From: a virus
Strand: one strand, 5' to 3'
DNA length: 56,618 bases
UHGV virus genome: UHGV-2050067
Shown here: piece after piece, positions 1 to 8,026 of the stretch
Layout of the letters: the number at the start of each line of letters is the position of its first letter
Position numbering within the stretch: position 1 is the stretch's first letter
The notes under the pieces: model-generated
What the model was told of the DNA's origin: nothing
Database searches by the model: none
Seen by the model: only the letters and a program-made list of their open reading frames with translations
Translations under genes and position numbers: made by a program

Positions 1-362
1 AGTTTGTAGCGCATATCGTCGATGAGTTCCAACATCTGCCGCCGCTGGTGCTCTTCACGTAGTAGCTGTGCGTATCCCTTCAGGTTGGCAGCAGACGGGC
101 ACGATCGCGCCGTTTGCATTAGCGGTACGAAATTTTCATTACCAATCTCATCACCGACCAGCAATGCATCAATAAGATTTCTGTTTCTGGCTTGTGCCCG
201 GATAACTTCAAACGCACGTTTATAGAGCGGGATCGTGAACACTTCAGGATCAAGCGTGGCGAGAACATCTTGCGCGTTAGGAGTAAGGCCGCCCAACAGC
301 AGCCCGCCGATAACTGACGCTTCACGTTCCTGCCGTAGTGAGTTTATTTGCTCAGTTACCAT
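1..362 (-). CDS. replicative DNA helicase (DnaB-like), 5' portion; gene runs off the window start
   Basis: Minus-strand ATG at 362 gives [57 protein letters not shown]..., colinear with the N-terminus of the helicase ORF at 55260-56555; SD ggagg upstream. Confidence 0.7.
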   Translation of the reverse strand, partial: MVTEQINSLRQEREASVIGGLLLGGLTPNAQDVLATLDPEVFTIPLYKRAFEVIRAQARNRNLIDALLVGDEIGNENFVPLMQTARSCPSAANLKGYAQLLREEHQRRQMLELIDDMRYK

Positions 363-380
363 TATGTCATTACCTCCGGT

Positions 381-1499
381 TTACAAAATGGAATATTCAG
401 GGTAATAAACAAAGCGCCCGATCTCCCCATGATCCTGGCTGTAAATAATCACCGCTGCCATACGACGTGACCGCCAGCCGCCATTAGTTGAGTAAGCGTC
501 TTTACCCGCTAACGTGCCGTGATACTCAACAACGCCTAACGATGATTCAATCAGCCGTTGATGATGCCAGTGCCCGCAATGAGCGTAAACCGCCGCAGAC
601 TTGCCGAAATCCTCCCGCCAGTCAGATACGCAAGCCGACAATAAATTTTCTGGCTTTTTGATAGTGTGCCCGTGGTGGTAAGCGAGGAATGTTTTGCCGT
701 ACTGCGTGTGGTGGACGATAGCAGGGGACACATCAACAGTTACGCGCGGTTCGTCTTCGTAAAAAGCTGCCAGCGCAGCACGTAGCCAGATCATTCCTGA
801 CTGGTCGTGATTGCCGGATAACACCTGGATTTCTACATCCTTATGATTTAACAACATCTTCCCGACCGCCCGCCGTACCGACCGGATCGCTACATAGACA
901 AGTTTTGCATAGCGACTATCTTGATCAAGAATGTGCCCGCTTGTTGGTGTAACAGGAACCATTCCATCAGAGTGAAGCAGGTCGCCACCGAGAAGCAAAA
1001 CGGCTTTTTCAGACATCGGCGCGGCGCCCACAGCGTAGTCAAAGAAGTCATTTAACACGCGCTCAGCGATCCCAGTGTCGTAGCTCTCGCCGCATTCTGC
1101 TTTGTGAGCAAGTGCCCCGATATGCAGATCGAATACCGGATAAAGGGCCAGGCTTTTTTGGAAATCAATTTCAGGCACTGGCACAGCCTCCGCGCGTGGT
1201 ATCTCATCCGTGAAAGCGTCGCGGGCCGCTTCCATTAGCTGTTCCATTTCGTCGCGGTCACGGGCTGTTTTAATCCAGCGCATGATCACATTGCCGTTTT
1301 TATCGACTAGCAATGACTCGCCATTGACGCCAAAACCAGGCGCGCGGCGTGTTGATAATAAACCACGTTTCGCAAGTTTTGCGCCCAGACGCTCGACGTT
1401 GCGTTTTGACATGCAATATTTTTCAGCGATCTGTTTATACGTTAAACCGTTGTTATATTCAGCGATCAATTGCTCATCGCTTATCTTTCTTTGTGACAT
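381..1499 (-). CDS. N-terminal HTH fused to calcineurin-like metallophosphoesterase (NinI-like phosphatase fold)
   Basis: 372-aa ORF; metallophosphoesterase motifs DLHIG, GGDLLHSDG, GNHD, HHGH, GHWH; HTH-like N-terminus; stop 19 nt before the helicase start. Confidence 0.65.
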   Translation of the reverse strand: MSQRKISDEQLIAEYNNGLTYKQIAEKYCMSKRNVERLGAKLAKRGLLSTRRAPGFGVNGESLLVDKNGNVIMRWIKTARDRDEMEQLMEAARDAFTDEIPRAEAVPVPEIDFQKSLALYPVFDLHIGALAHKAECGESYDTGIAERVLNDFFDYAVGAAPMSEKAVLLLGGDLLHSDGMVPVTPTSGHILDQDSRYAKLVYVAIRSVRRAVGKMLLNHKDVEIQVLSGNHDQSGMIWLRAALAAFYEDEPRVTVDVSPAIVHHTQYGKTFLAYHHGHTIKKPENLLSACVSDWREDFGKSAAVYAHCGHWHHQRLIESSLGVVEYHGTLAGKDAYSTNGGWRSRRMAAVIIYSQDHGEIGRFVYYPEYSIL

Positions 1500-1533
1500 A
1501 GTGTCATTTCCTCACGAATAACAAATTGTATAC

Positions 1534-2202
1534 TTAGTTACAAGTTAAAAGCTCAGTGATCCATACTTGTCCTTTAGCAGTGAATACAGCCTGCTCATAT
1601 CCATCGTGAGTTACCCTCATTTCACCGTAGCCCTCATCAATAAACCACTGACTAAATACACGGCGGCGACAGCGAAGATCGTAAACACCAACAGCCGAAA
1701 GTTTTCTGTTTAATTTTACGGCTGACATTCCCAGCGGTTTAGCAACCTCTGAAGCCGTTCGGTGCATATCGTTTTTGACTATCGCGTCACATACAGCCGC
1801 TTTTGGCGCAAGTTCCTTATTAACCAGTGCAAGCCGTTCTTTTTCCTCAGCAAGATCGGCAGCAAGGCGCAACGCTTCGCTTAATGTTTGAGGAATTGCA
1901 GGGGCGTTTTGCTGTACCCGTTTTTCAAGTTCCTGCCAGCGGTCGATGATGCGAGCACGTAACTCAACGCTATAGCCAGATACAACCAGCAAAGAGTCAC
2001 GCTTAGTTAAAAGCCATTCCCTCTGTGTTTGATTGTTGTATCCTTTGTAAGTTACTGATTTGCTTGATTCCCCCAAATTTGGGGCAATGGCGTCAATGTC
2101 TCTCAATATGTGATCGTGCCGTTTACCAGTTAGCTTGGCGATCTCACGAGAAGACATTGTTAATACTTCGTTCGCCCCATTAAGCGCCATTAATTCAGAC
2201 AT
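1534..2202 (-). CDS. Rha-family phage regulatory protein / antirepressor
   Basis: 222-aa ORF; N-terminal SSREIAKLTGKRHDHILRDI resembles the Rha domain; C-terminal Ant/KilAC-like region. Confidence 0.65.
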   Translation of the reverse strand: MSELMALNGANEVLTMSSREIAKLTGKRHDHILRDIDAIAPNLGESSKSVTYKGYNNQTQREWLLTKRDSLLVVSGYSVELRARIIDRWQELEKRVQQNAPAIPQTLSEALRLAADLAEEKERLALVNKELAPKAAVCDAIVKNDMHRTASEVAKPLGMSAVKLNRKLSAVGVYDLRCRRRVFSQWFIDEGYGEMRVTHDGYEQAVFTAKGQVWITELLTCN

Positions 2203-2220
2203 TTTATTTTCTCCGGTTTA

Positions 2221-2236
2221 CTGAATATATATTCAC
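2221..2236 (-). promoter_or_regulatory. palindromic operator candidate (SOS-box-like) upstream of the antirepressor gene
   Basis: cTGAATATATATTCAc contains a perfect 14-bp palindrome about 20 nt upstream of the ant start codon; resembles the LexA box with symmetric substitutions. Confidence 0.35.
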
Positions 2237-2283
2237 AAAGAAAATTGACATCACCCGCCATAAATGACGTGGTTCTAATGCTT

Positions 2284-4101
2284 TCAATGGTGAAATAAAC
2301 CTTTAACCTTGCTAAAGAATCCGTCTTCTGGCTTTTTATCGAGCCGGTACAGTAATTCTTTTACTTTGTCTTGCAATGCCATTATCAGCTTACGATAACG
2401 TTCATGATTGCGCTGTTGACGCTGTTTCAGGTCGCCCATGTACCGTTTTTGTGCTGCCCGGCGTTGCATGTTGCGAGCAATCAGTTTGTTATATCTGTCT
2501 GATAGTTGGTTATAGCCAGATTGTAAGATGTTCACATTATTTTGCAGTTCCAGTTTATCATCCTCAAGTTCTGCCACTTTAAGCTGATAGCCCTTGATAA
2601 CTAGAGCCTTGTTGCTTGCCTCCTGTTGTTGCGCTTTGATTGTTTCCTTCGCTTCTGCCAGATCTGTACGAATGTCGTTGATTGTTTGTTTGTCTGCCGC
2701 AGCTTTCGCTTTTGCGTCGTCGTTATTTGCAGCGTTGACCTTTTGTCTTAGTTCGCAATTAGTTTTAACCAGATTGTCGCGCTCACTTTCTAGCTTCTGG
2801 CGTTTACCCTGTTCGTCACCAAATGCCTTATTCGCCTTGCTGTATTGGTGTTTCCAATAATCAACGCGGAGTTGGTAGCTGTCGCGATCTTCTCTCGCTA
2901 TGTTGAGCACTCCATGTAATTCCTTGATTTGTCCCTCCAGCGTTTTTACCTGGCATTTAAGATCTCCCACCTGTTTGCTATCTGTTTGCTGCGCAATAGC
3001 CGCGCTGATAGGGTTGTCTTTAAATTTGCGAAAAGCTACTGATAAATCAACCCTGTCCTTTTCCGCTCCTATCCGTGCCACGATCATTCCTGCGATCTCA
3101 AGCGGTGCATATCCTTTTTTGATCTGCATGTCACATTGTTCAGTGCAATAAATATAGCCAGGTAATTTATTCAAGCTTTCAATGCGGTGGCGTAATTCAT
3201 CCTCATTAATACCATACGCCGCAGCAATATCCATCAGATTGATTTCATCGGCGTCATTAACGCTAATATTATGACCGTGAAATTTGAATACTCGCGGTAA
3301 CTCATGTTCATGCGGTTCCGTGTTACTTTCTTGTTTCATTTCGTCACCCTTGTAATAACGCTGTTTTATGCGCTCCGCTTCTTCTGGTGAGATATAATCA
3401 GGGAAGTGGTTCATTTGCTTACCGTAGTATCTAATTTCGCCGTTGATGCGCTCTTTTATTGCGTCGTTAATATTATCGAAATAACCAAAGCCGTGATTTA
3501 TTGTATTAACTTTAATTGTTGCTTCCCATTTATTTTTCGCCTTATTCCATAGAACGCCCTTGATACCGCTATTTCCCCAAGGCTTACGTTTTATGCCTCT
3601 TTCGCCGCGTGATATTAATTTCAGGTTTTCAATTTTCGCGCATGAATTATCGCCGTTTTCTATTACATACCCATCAGGAATAGGGCCGTTAAACATTTCC
3701 CACACAACGCGATGCAGTTGATAATAGCGATCTTTTACACCGATTTGCAAACGTTCATAATCAGTGCCTTTTTTGCATTTAAACCCGCGAATTATATCGC
3801 CTGGTTTAATACGACATTTCCCACGCCCCCTAGTCACCTTACTAATCAGAAAACCATCAGGATGATAATCAAACAGTTCAGGCCAATTTTCCGCGCACTG
3901 GCTGCAATCAGCGTACTGAATATCGCCAGCTTCCACCGCTGTTATTTCCTTCCAATAGCCACCGGCCACCATGCGTACAAACTCGCTTTCTTTACCCCAA
4001 TGATTCCACGTTTGATATTTACGCTTCCGCATAAACACCATTCCTTCATCAATTTTTGCAAACAATTTACTTCCTCTTATCGATATAAAATATCTAGACA
4101 T
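2284..4101 (-). CDS. HNH_3-like/AP2-domain homing-endonuclease-like protein with long C-terminal coiled coil
   Basis: 605-aa ORF; HRVVWEMFNGPIPDGYVIENGDNSCAKIENLKL matches the HNH_3 pattern but lacks the catalytic His-Asp; GIKGVLWNKAKNKWEATI is AP2-like; C-terminal ~300 aa heptad-rich. Confidence 0.55.
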   Translation of the reverse strand: MSRYFISIRGSKLFAKIDEGMVFMRKRKYQTWNHWGKESEFVRMVAGGYWKEITAVEAGDIQYADCSQCAENWPELFDYHPDGFLISKVTRGRGKCRIKPGDIIRGFKCKKGTDYERLQIGVKDRYYQLHRVVWEMFNGPIPDGYVIENGDNSCAKIENLKLISRGERGIKRKPWGNSGIKGVLWNKAKNKWEATIKVNTINHGFGYFDNINDAIKERINGEIRYYGKQMNHFPDYISPEEAERIKQRYYKGDEMKQESNTEPHEHELPRVFKFHGHNISVNDADEINLMDIAAAYGINEDELRHRIESLNKLPGYIYCTEQCDMQIKKGYAPLEIAGMIVARIGAEKDRVDLSVAFRKFKDNPISAAIAQQTDSKQVGDLKCQVKTLEGQIKELHGVLNIAREDRDSYQLRVDYWKHQYSKANKAFGDEQGKRQKLESERDNLVKTNCELRQKVNAANNDDAKAKAAADKQTINDIRTDLAEAKETIKAQQQEASNKALVIKGYQLKVAELEDDKLELQNNVNILQSGYNQLSDRYNKLIARNMQRRAAQKRYMGDLKQRQQRNHERYRKLIMALQDKVKELLYRLDKKPEDGFFSKVKGLFHH

Positions 4102-4267
4102 TATTAATACCTCGCATTTAGTAATTTGCTTTTACATAGATACAATCAATAAAACGCGCTACAACGCAAAATTCCACCGCGACACCCGTTTGCACAGGTT
4201 GCAGTGTCTTATTGCGCCAGAGGCGCTCTCATATGGCTAATTTTTGATTTACAGACTGGTAGGTTGG

Positions 4268-4369
4268 TTATGGATTGACTAGAAGGAACAAACCGCCGAA
4301 CAAGGCGACGTTAACAGCGATTGCCGCAGCGATGGCAAAAGCCAGGGCGAAAACGTGTTTACCGTCCAT
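4268..4369 (-). CDS. mini-ORF, 33-aa hydrophobic single-pass peptide
   Basis: MDGKHVFALAFAIAAAIAVNVALFGGLFLLVNP with SD gagagg 7 nt upstream; in the 400-bp gap between the organizer and HNH genes; absent from the track (<60 aa). Confidence 0.3.
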   Translation of the reverse strand: MDGKHVFALAFAIAAAIAVNVALFGGLFLLVNP

Positions 4370-4502
4370 TTTAAAATCCTCTCTGTAACGCTCTATAACG
4401 AGCTAATCGCAAAAAGGTAAGCAAGTATAGCACCACATGCGATTTATCTCGCTGGCGAGCTTGTTTTGCGGGTTATTTTGGGTTTTTGTGGATCGTGGTT
4501 AG

Positions 4503-5555
4503 TCAAATAGCGCCAGCGCGTGTATCGCGTAGCGTTTTTGGTTTAAGCAGGAAATCAAGTGTCGCTGTGAAGCCATCGCCGAAGTAAAAGTCTGAAGCCT
4601 TGCTCTTGAATGCTTCAAAGTAGGCGATAAAGCCGTTAATGCTTTTGTCTTTCAGGTAGTCAGTGAACGCATAGATCTTGCGTTCAAGATCCCGGTCCAG
4701 TTCAGCAGGTGGCAACAGGCCATCAAACGTGATGTTAAACTCATTTACCACATCGGCAGCGTTTACAGTAACTGACAGATTGCGCCATTGTTCAGCATCA
4801 GCAAGATACCCATCGAATTTAGTTACCCGGCAAATGTTAACAGGCTTAGGCACTCCACCACGGCTACGCCATTGCGTCAAAGCCCACTCAATCACTAATG
4901 TGATCTCATCCTCCGTATACGCTTTACGTGTTTTTGTTTCTGTCAGTAGTTCGATGAATGGCTTCGCATCACGACATTTGCATCCTGCCTTGTCGTTGTA
5001 GAAGGCCAGGCAACGCAACGCCGCTTCGTTTACGCCATCATGATTGACCATTTTTTGTTCATTTTCGACAATACACGAAGTGTATATATCTTTTTCTCTT
5101 TCTTCTTCTACTTCTAATTCTAATTCATGACCCTTTCCTGACCCGGTCATGACCCTATCATGACCTTTTTGTGTTGGATTGATTAACTTTTCTAATTTTA
5201 ATTGCTCCTTAGCTGTGTTTATGGCGGCCCTGTACGCGCTTTTAGAAGTCATTGATTGGTCAAGCCTTTTCAATAACTTTAAACAAGTTATGTGGCCTTG
5301 AGAACATTCAAACAAACCAATTTCGATGAAGTATTTCATCATTTCTTCTATACGTTTTTCAGTCGATCCGACGTTTCGCGCAATGATTCTCGCGTCATGT
5401 CGTAGGTCAAAAGTCAGATTGTGCTGATCTACGTCATAAGTTATTAGTTCGAGGCAATACCAATAAAGCCCGTACCCTTCCAGGCCATAATCAAGCAAGA
5501 CGTTTTGAAGTTTTTCATCGCGGTTCGCATCGCTATCATGCTTAAACCACTTCAT
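4503..5555 (-). CDS. replication initiation / replisome organizer protein (O-like role)
   Basis: 350-aa ORF; N-terminus MKWFKHDSDANRDEKLQNVLLDYGLEGYGLYWYCLELI resembles the phage replisome-organizer N-terminal domain; iterons and an AT-rich tract lie inside the gene. Confidence 0.6.
   Translation of the reverse strand: MKWFKHDSDANRDEKLQNVLLDYGLEGYGLYWYCLELITYDVDQHNLTFDLRHDARIIARNVGSTEKRIEEMMKYFIEIGLFECSQGHITCLKLLKRLDQSMTSKSAYRAAINTAKEQLKLEKLINPTQKGHDRVMTGSGKGHELELEVEEEREKDIYTSCIVENEQKMVNHDGVNEAALRCLAFYNDKAGCKCRDAKPFIELLTETKTRKAYTEDEITLVIEWALTQWRSRGGVPKPVNICRVTKFDGYLADAEQWRNLSVTVNAADVVNEFNITFDGLLPPAELDRDLERKIYAFTDYLKDKSINGFIAYFEAFKSKASDFYFGDGFTATLDFLLKPKTLRDTRAGAI
5080..5166. other. candidate origin of replication (AT-rich tract plus three TCATGACC iterons) inside the organizer gene
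   Basis: tcatgaccc at 5125 and 5147, tcatgacct at 5158, preceded by tgtatatatctttttctctttcttcttctacttctaattctaattc; analogous to lambda ori inside O. Confidence 0.4.
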
Positions 5556-5558
5556 AGA

Positions 5559-5891
5559 TCATTCCTCCGGTAACATCACTACATAGACATCACTGAACGC
5601 ATCAAGACGACAAACAAACCCTTTATGCATTAACGCGGCGAAGGCATCATGTACCGTATGAACAGGAAGTTCACACATTTTTGCGATTTCTTGTCGTGAT
5701 ACCATGACGTGACGGCGGTTATCTGCCTTTTCAGCCAGAGCCATTAAGACCAGTTTTTGAATCAGGCTGTTAAGTTTTACTTTCCATACTTCGCTAATCA
5801 TGTTCATGCTCATTGTATTTTCTCCTATGGTTAAAATGAACGCGCGGGCGGGCATCCCATTAGCATTAGATAGCAGTGACTGACCGCTCAA
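5559..5891 (-). CDS. winged-helix HTH protein, first gene of the leftward early operon
   Basis: 110-aa ORF; LIQKLVLMALAEKADNRRHVMVSRQEIAKMCELPVHTVHDAFAALMHKGFV resembles HTH_36 domains of replication proteins; divergent from the CI-like gene. Confidence 0.5.
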   Translation of the reverse strand: MSGQSLLSNANGMPARAFILTIGENTMSMNMISEVWKVKLNSLIQKLVLMALAEKADNRRHVMVSRQEIAKMCELPVHTVHDAFAALMHKGFVCRLDAFSDVYVVMLPEE

Positions 5892-5921
5892 CAGATCCCG
5901 CCGTTGCGTGATATTTGTTTT

Positions 5922-5955
5922 TCGCTTCGCAGCGACACCGGATTTTTAAAGAGCT
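5922..5955 (-). promoter_or_regulatory. candidate nut-like site (boxA-like GCTCTTTAAAAA plus short hairpin) on the minus-strand transcript
   Basis: Minus strand reads GCTCTTTAAAAA, then 8 nt, then tcgc-tgcgaa-gcga stem-loop, upstream of the 5891 start. Confidence 0.3.
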
Positions 5956-5994
5956 TAAGTGGTTGGCCTTTTGTGCTTTCCTTTATCTTTTTTC

Positions 5995-6058
5995 TTGCAT
6001 CATTGCAACTATGGCCTTACCTTGTTTGCAAGTTTACAGAATGGCGTTGACAGGTCAA
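5995..6058. promoter_or_regulatory. immunity switch region: three palindromic operator candidates spaced about 26 bp apart
   Basis: TTGCAtcatTGCAA (5995-6008), cTTGtttgCAAg (6021-6032), TTGACaggTCAA (6047-6058) between divergent early and repressor genes. Confidence 0.45.
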
Positions 6059-6117
6059 GGCTTTAAAAATACGTTTTGTGACTTGTATCAAACTTTTTTA
6101 GGTTATAGGGTAGCGAC

Positions 6118-6765
6118 ATGAAAACAAAATGGTATGACTTAGCAAAACAACTCATGCGGGCGCAGGGCATGAGCCAGGATTCATTGGCTGATCTCATGGG
6201 GATAACCAAAGGTGGCCTTTCGCACTGGCTGAACGGTCGCCGTGAGCCGAATCTTGAAGATATTGCGCGTATCATGCGGGCGCTTGGGCGTCGGCAATTC
6301 ACTGTTACTCATGACGGAATGGTCATTGATGATTCTGTTTCTAACACGTTGCCGGGAGCGCCACCGCGTGATTTAGGCAGTTACCCGGTTGTTGACTGGA
6401 AGGATGTAGCAAACAATATGGAAGGCACACACCGATCAACATTGCCACACGTTGCTACTAGCGTTATTTGTTCGGATGATAGTTATTGGCTGGTTGCTAA
6501 AGGTGAATCAATGAACGCACCGCAAGGGTTGAGCATCCCGGCGGGGACTATGATACTTGTTGACCCGCACGCGCCAGCTATTGACGGAAAACTTGTTATA
6601 GCACAACTGGAGGAAGGGCAGATACCTACGTTTAAACAGTTGATTATTGATGGAGGCCGAAAACTTTTGCGTTCACTAAATCCGTTGTATCCGCCGATCC
6701 CTATGAATCCAGAGTCAAAAATCATTGGCGTGGTTGTTGACGCGAAGATCGTAAACCTGCCATAA
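6118..6765 (+). CDS. CI-like phage repressor (HTH_XRE plus S24 LexA-like peptidase domain)
   Basis: 215-aa ORF; N-terminal HTH (QDSLADLMGITKGGLSHWLNGRREP); C-terminal S24 motifs (VAKGESMNAPQ Ser, IDGKLVIAQL Lys). Confidence 0.85.
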   Translation: MKTKWYDLAKQLMRAQGMSQDSLADLMGITKGGLSHWLNGRREPNLEDIARIMRALGRRQFTVTHDGMVIDDSVSNTLPGAPPRDLGSYPVVDWKDVANNMEGTHRSTLPHVATSVICSDDSYWLVAKGESMNAPQGLSIPAGTMILVDPHAPAIDGKLVIAQLEEGQIPTFKQLIIDGGRKLLRSLNPLYPPIPMNPESKIIGVVVDAKIVNLP

Positions 6766-6770
6766 ACATT

Positions 6771-6796
6771 AGCCGCCGAATGGCGGCTTTTCTTTG
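6771..6796 (+). terminator. rho-independent terminator downstream of the repressor gene
   Basis: agccgcc-gaat-ggcggct hairpin followed by tttctttg. Confidence 0.6.
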
Positions 6797-6888
6797 CCTG
6801 GAAAACACCAAAACGTAAACAGAAAACGTTATTTATTATTTAAATATCAATGGGATATAAAATATTTTAAAAAAGTATACAAAATGGA

Positions 6889-6917
6889 TTGACTCGGTGT
6901 TTTACGGGGCGTATATT
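6889..6917 (+). promoter_or_regulatory. sigma70-like promoter (pL-like) for the rightward operon
   Basis: TTGACT, 17-bp spacer, TATATT; about 45 nt upstream of boxA. Confidence 0.5.
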
Positions 6918-6960
6918 GCGAGTCAAAGGAGGTAGCAAGGCAGGGAAAGGGAAGGTTATT

Positions 6961-6998
6961 TGCTCTTTAACAATCTGGTCAGCCGCTGGAAGTGCGGC
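6961..6998 (+). promoter_or_regulatory. nut-like site: boxA (TGCTCTTTAACAA) plus boxB-like hairpin
   Basis: boxA at 6961-6973 is identical to the rrn-type boxA consensus; gccgc-tggaagt-gcggc stem-loop at 6982-6998; between promoter and N-like ORF. Confidence 0.5.
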
Positions 6999-7055
6999 AA
7001 TTAACGAAGATGATTTTTTTATTAAGTATCATCAAGGATATACGGAGATCAGATT

Positions 7056-7346
7056 ATGAGCGTTACAATCATGTATGGCAAATGTGACAGTAAACTGAAT
7101 GCCAGGGAACGCAGAAAAATAAAAAGAGAAAACGAAAGAAAATCATCACCTGCAATTAATAAAACAGACAATGTGGATAAAGCTATTCGATTTGCAAACG
7201 AGGAAAGGTGCAAACCAAATAGCATTAAAGAACGTCGCAAAGGATCAGTAAAATGGTATATGGAAAATGAAAGCGGCAGCTACTACCACGCAACGCAACC
7301 ACGCCATTTAGGGGAAAAACCCCTGGATAAAGTCCGCTATCATTAA
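7056..7346 (+). CDS. N-like transcription antiterminator candidate (arginine-rich motif)
   Basis: 96-aa basic ORF with N-terminal NARERRKIKRENERK arginine-rich motif; first gene after the promoter and nut-like site. Confidence 0.4.
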   Translation: MSVTIMYGKCDSKLNARERRKIKRENERKSSPAINKTDNVDKAIRFANEERCKPNSIKERRKGSVKWYMENESGSYYHATQPRHLGEKPLDKVRYH

Positions 7347-7376
7347 TACAAAATGTAAACATTCGGAGGTGACATT

Positions 7377-7496
7377 ATGGTTATTCAGGCGCTCCAATTC
7401 AAACTAGCAGTAGCGGAAATGCTTCACGATGCCGAAATGTGGAGCGCCGCGAATAAAGCCTTATGCATAGTGTTAACAGCGAAGGAGGCTAGTTAA
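7377..7496 (+). CDS. small ORF (39 aa), hypothetical
   Basis: ATG at 7377 preceded by SD cggaggtgacatt; stop overlaps the HNH start (taATGg). Confidence 0.3.
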   Translation: MVIQALQFKLAVAEMLHDAEMWSAANKALCIVLTAKEAS

Positions 7497-8026
7497 TGGC
7501 TTATTCAAAACATGGAATGACGCACACAAAACTTTATGAAGTTTTCAAAGGAATGAAAACGAGATGCAGGAAAAGCGATAAGAATCCAAAAAATAAACAC
7601 TATAAAGATAAAGGTATAGCCATATGTGATGAGTGGTTGAATGATTCATCAAGGTTTATCGAGTGGGCTTTAAATAACGGTTATCAGGAAGGGTTAGAAA
7701 TAGACAGGACTGATAACGATAAAGGTTACTCCCCGGATAATTGCCGATGGGTTACACATGCTGAAAACATGCGTAATACATGTAAAACCAGAATATTAAC
7801 AGTGAATGGGGAAACTAACACAATACATTATTTTTCTGAAAAATACAGTATAGGTGAGGACACCATACGTTCAAGATTACGTCGCGGCTGGAGTCATGAA
7901 GCCGCTGTACTTCTTCCTTTAAGAAAGGGGAAACGATGTGAAGAAAGATTTATACAAAAAATTGTGGCTAATTCAGCAGCAATTAAAAGCGCCAAAATCT
8001 CAACGCAACTCATACGGTGGTTATAA
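7496..8026 (+). CDS. HNH endonuclease
   Basis: 176-aa ORF; DRTDNDKGYSPDNCRWVTHAENMRNT is an HNH-type motif; strong SD gaaggagg; 3' end overlaps the erf start by about 89 nt. Confidence 0.65.
   Translation: MAYSKHGMTHTKLYEVFKGMKTRCRKSDKNPKNKHYKDKGIAICDEWLNDSSRFIEWALNNGYQEGLEIDRTDNDKGYSPDNCRWVTHAENMRNTCKTRILTVNGETNTIHYFSEKYSIGEDTIRSRLRRGWSHEAAVLLPLRKGKRCEERFIQKIVANSAAIKSAKISTQLIRWL

Noticed and set aside
22-325. Track ORFs 22-225 (+) and 119-325 (-) at the left edge
   Set aside because: They overlap the in-frame minus-strand helicase reading frame that starts at 362 and matches the right-edge helicase; treated as frame shadows.
2376-4107. Plus-strand ORFs inside the 605-aa minus-strand gene
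   Set aside because: Low-complexity translations (Cys/Ser/Leu-rich) wholly inside a long ORF with recognisable HNH/AP2 motifs.
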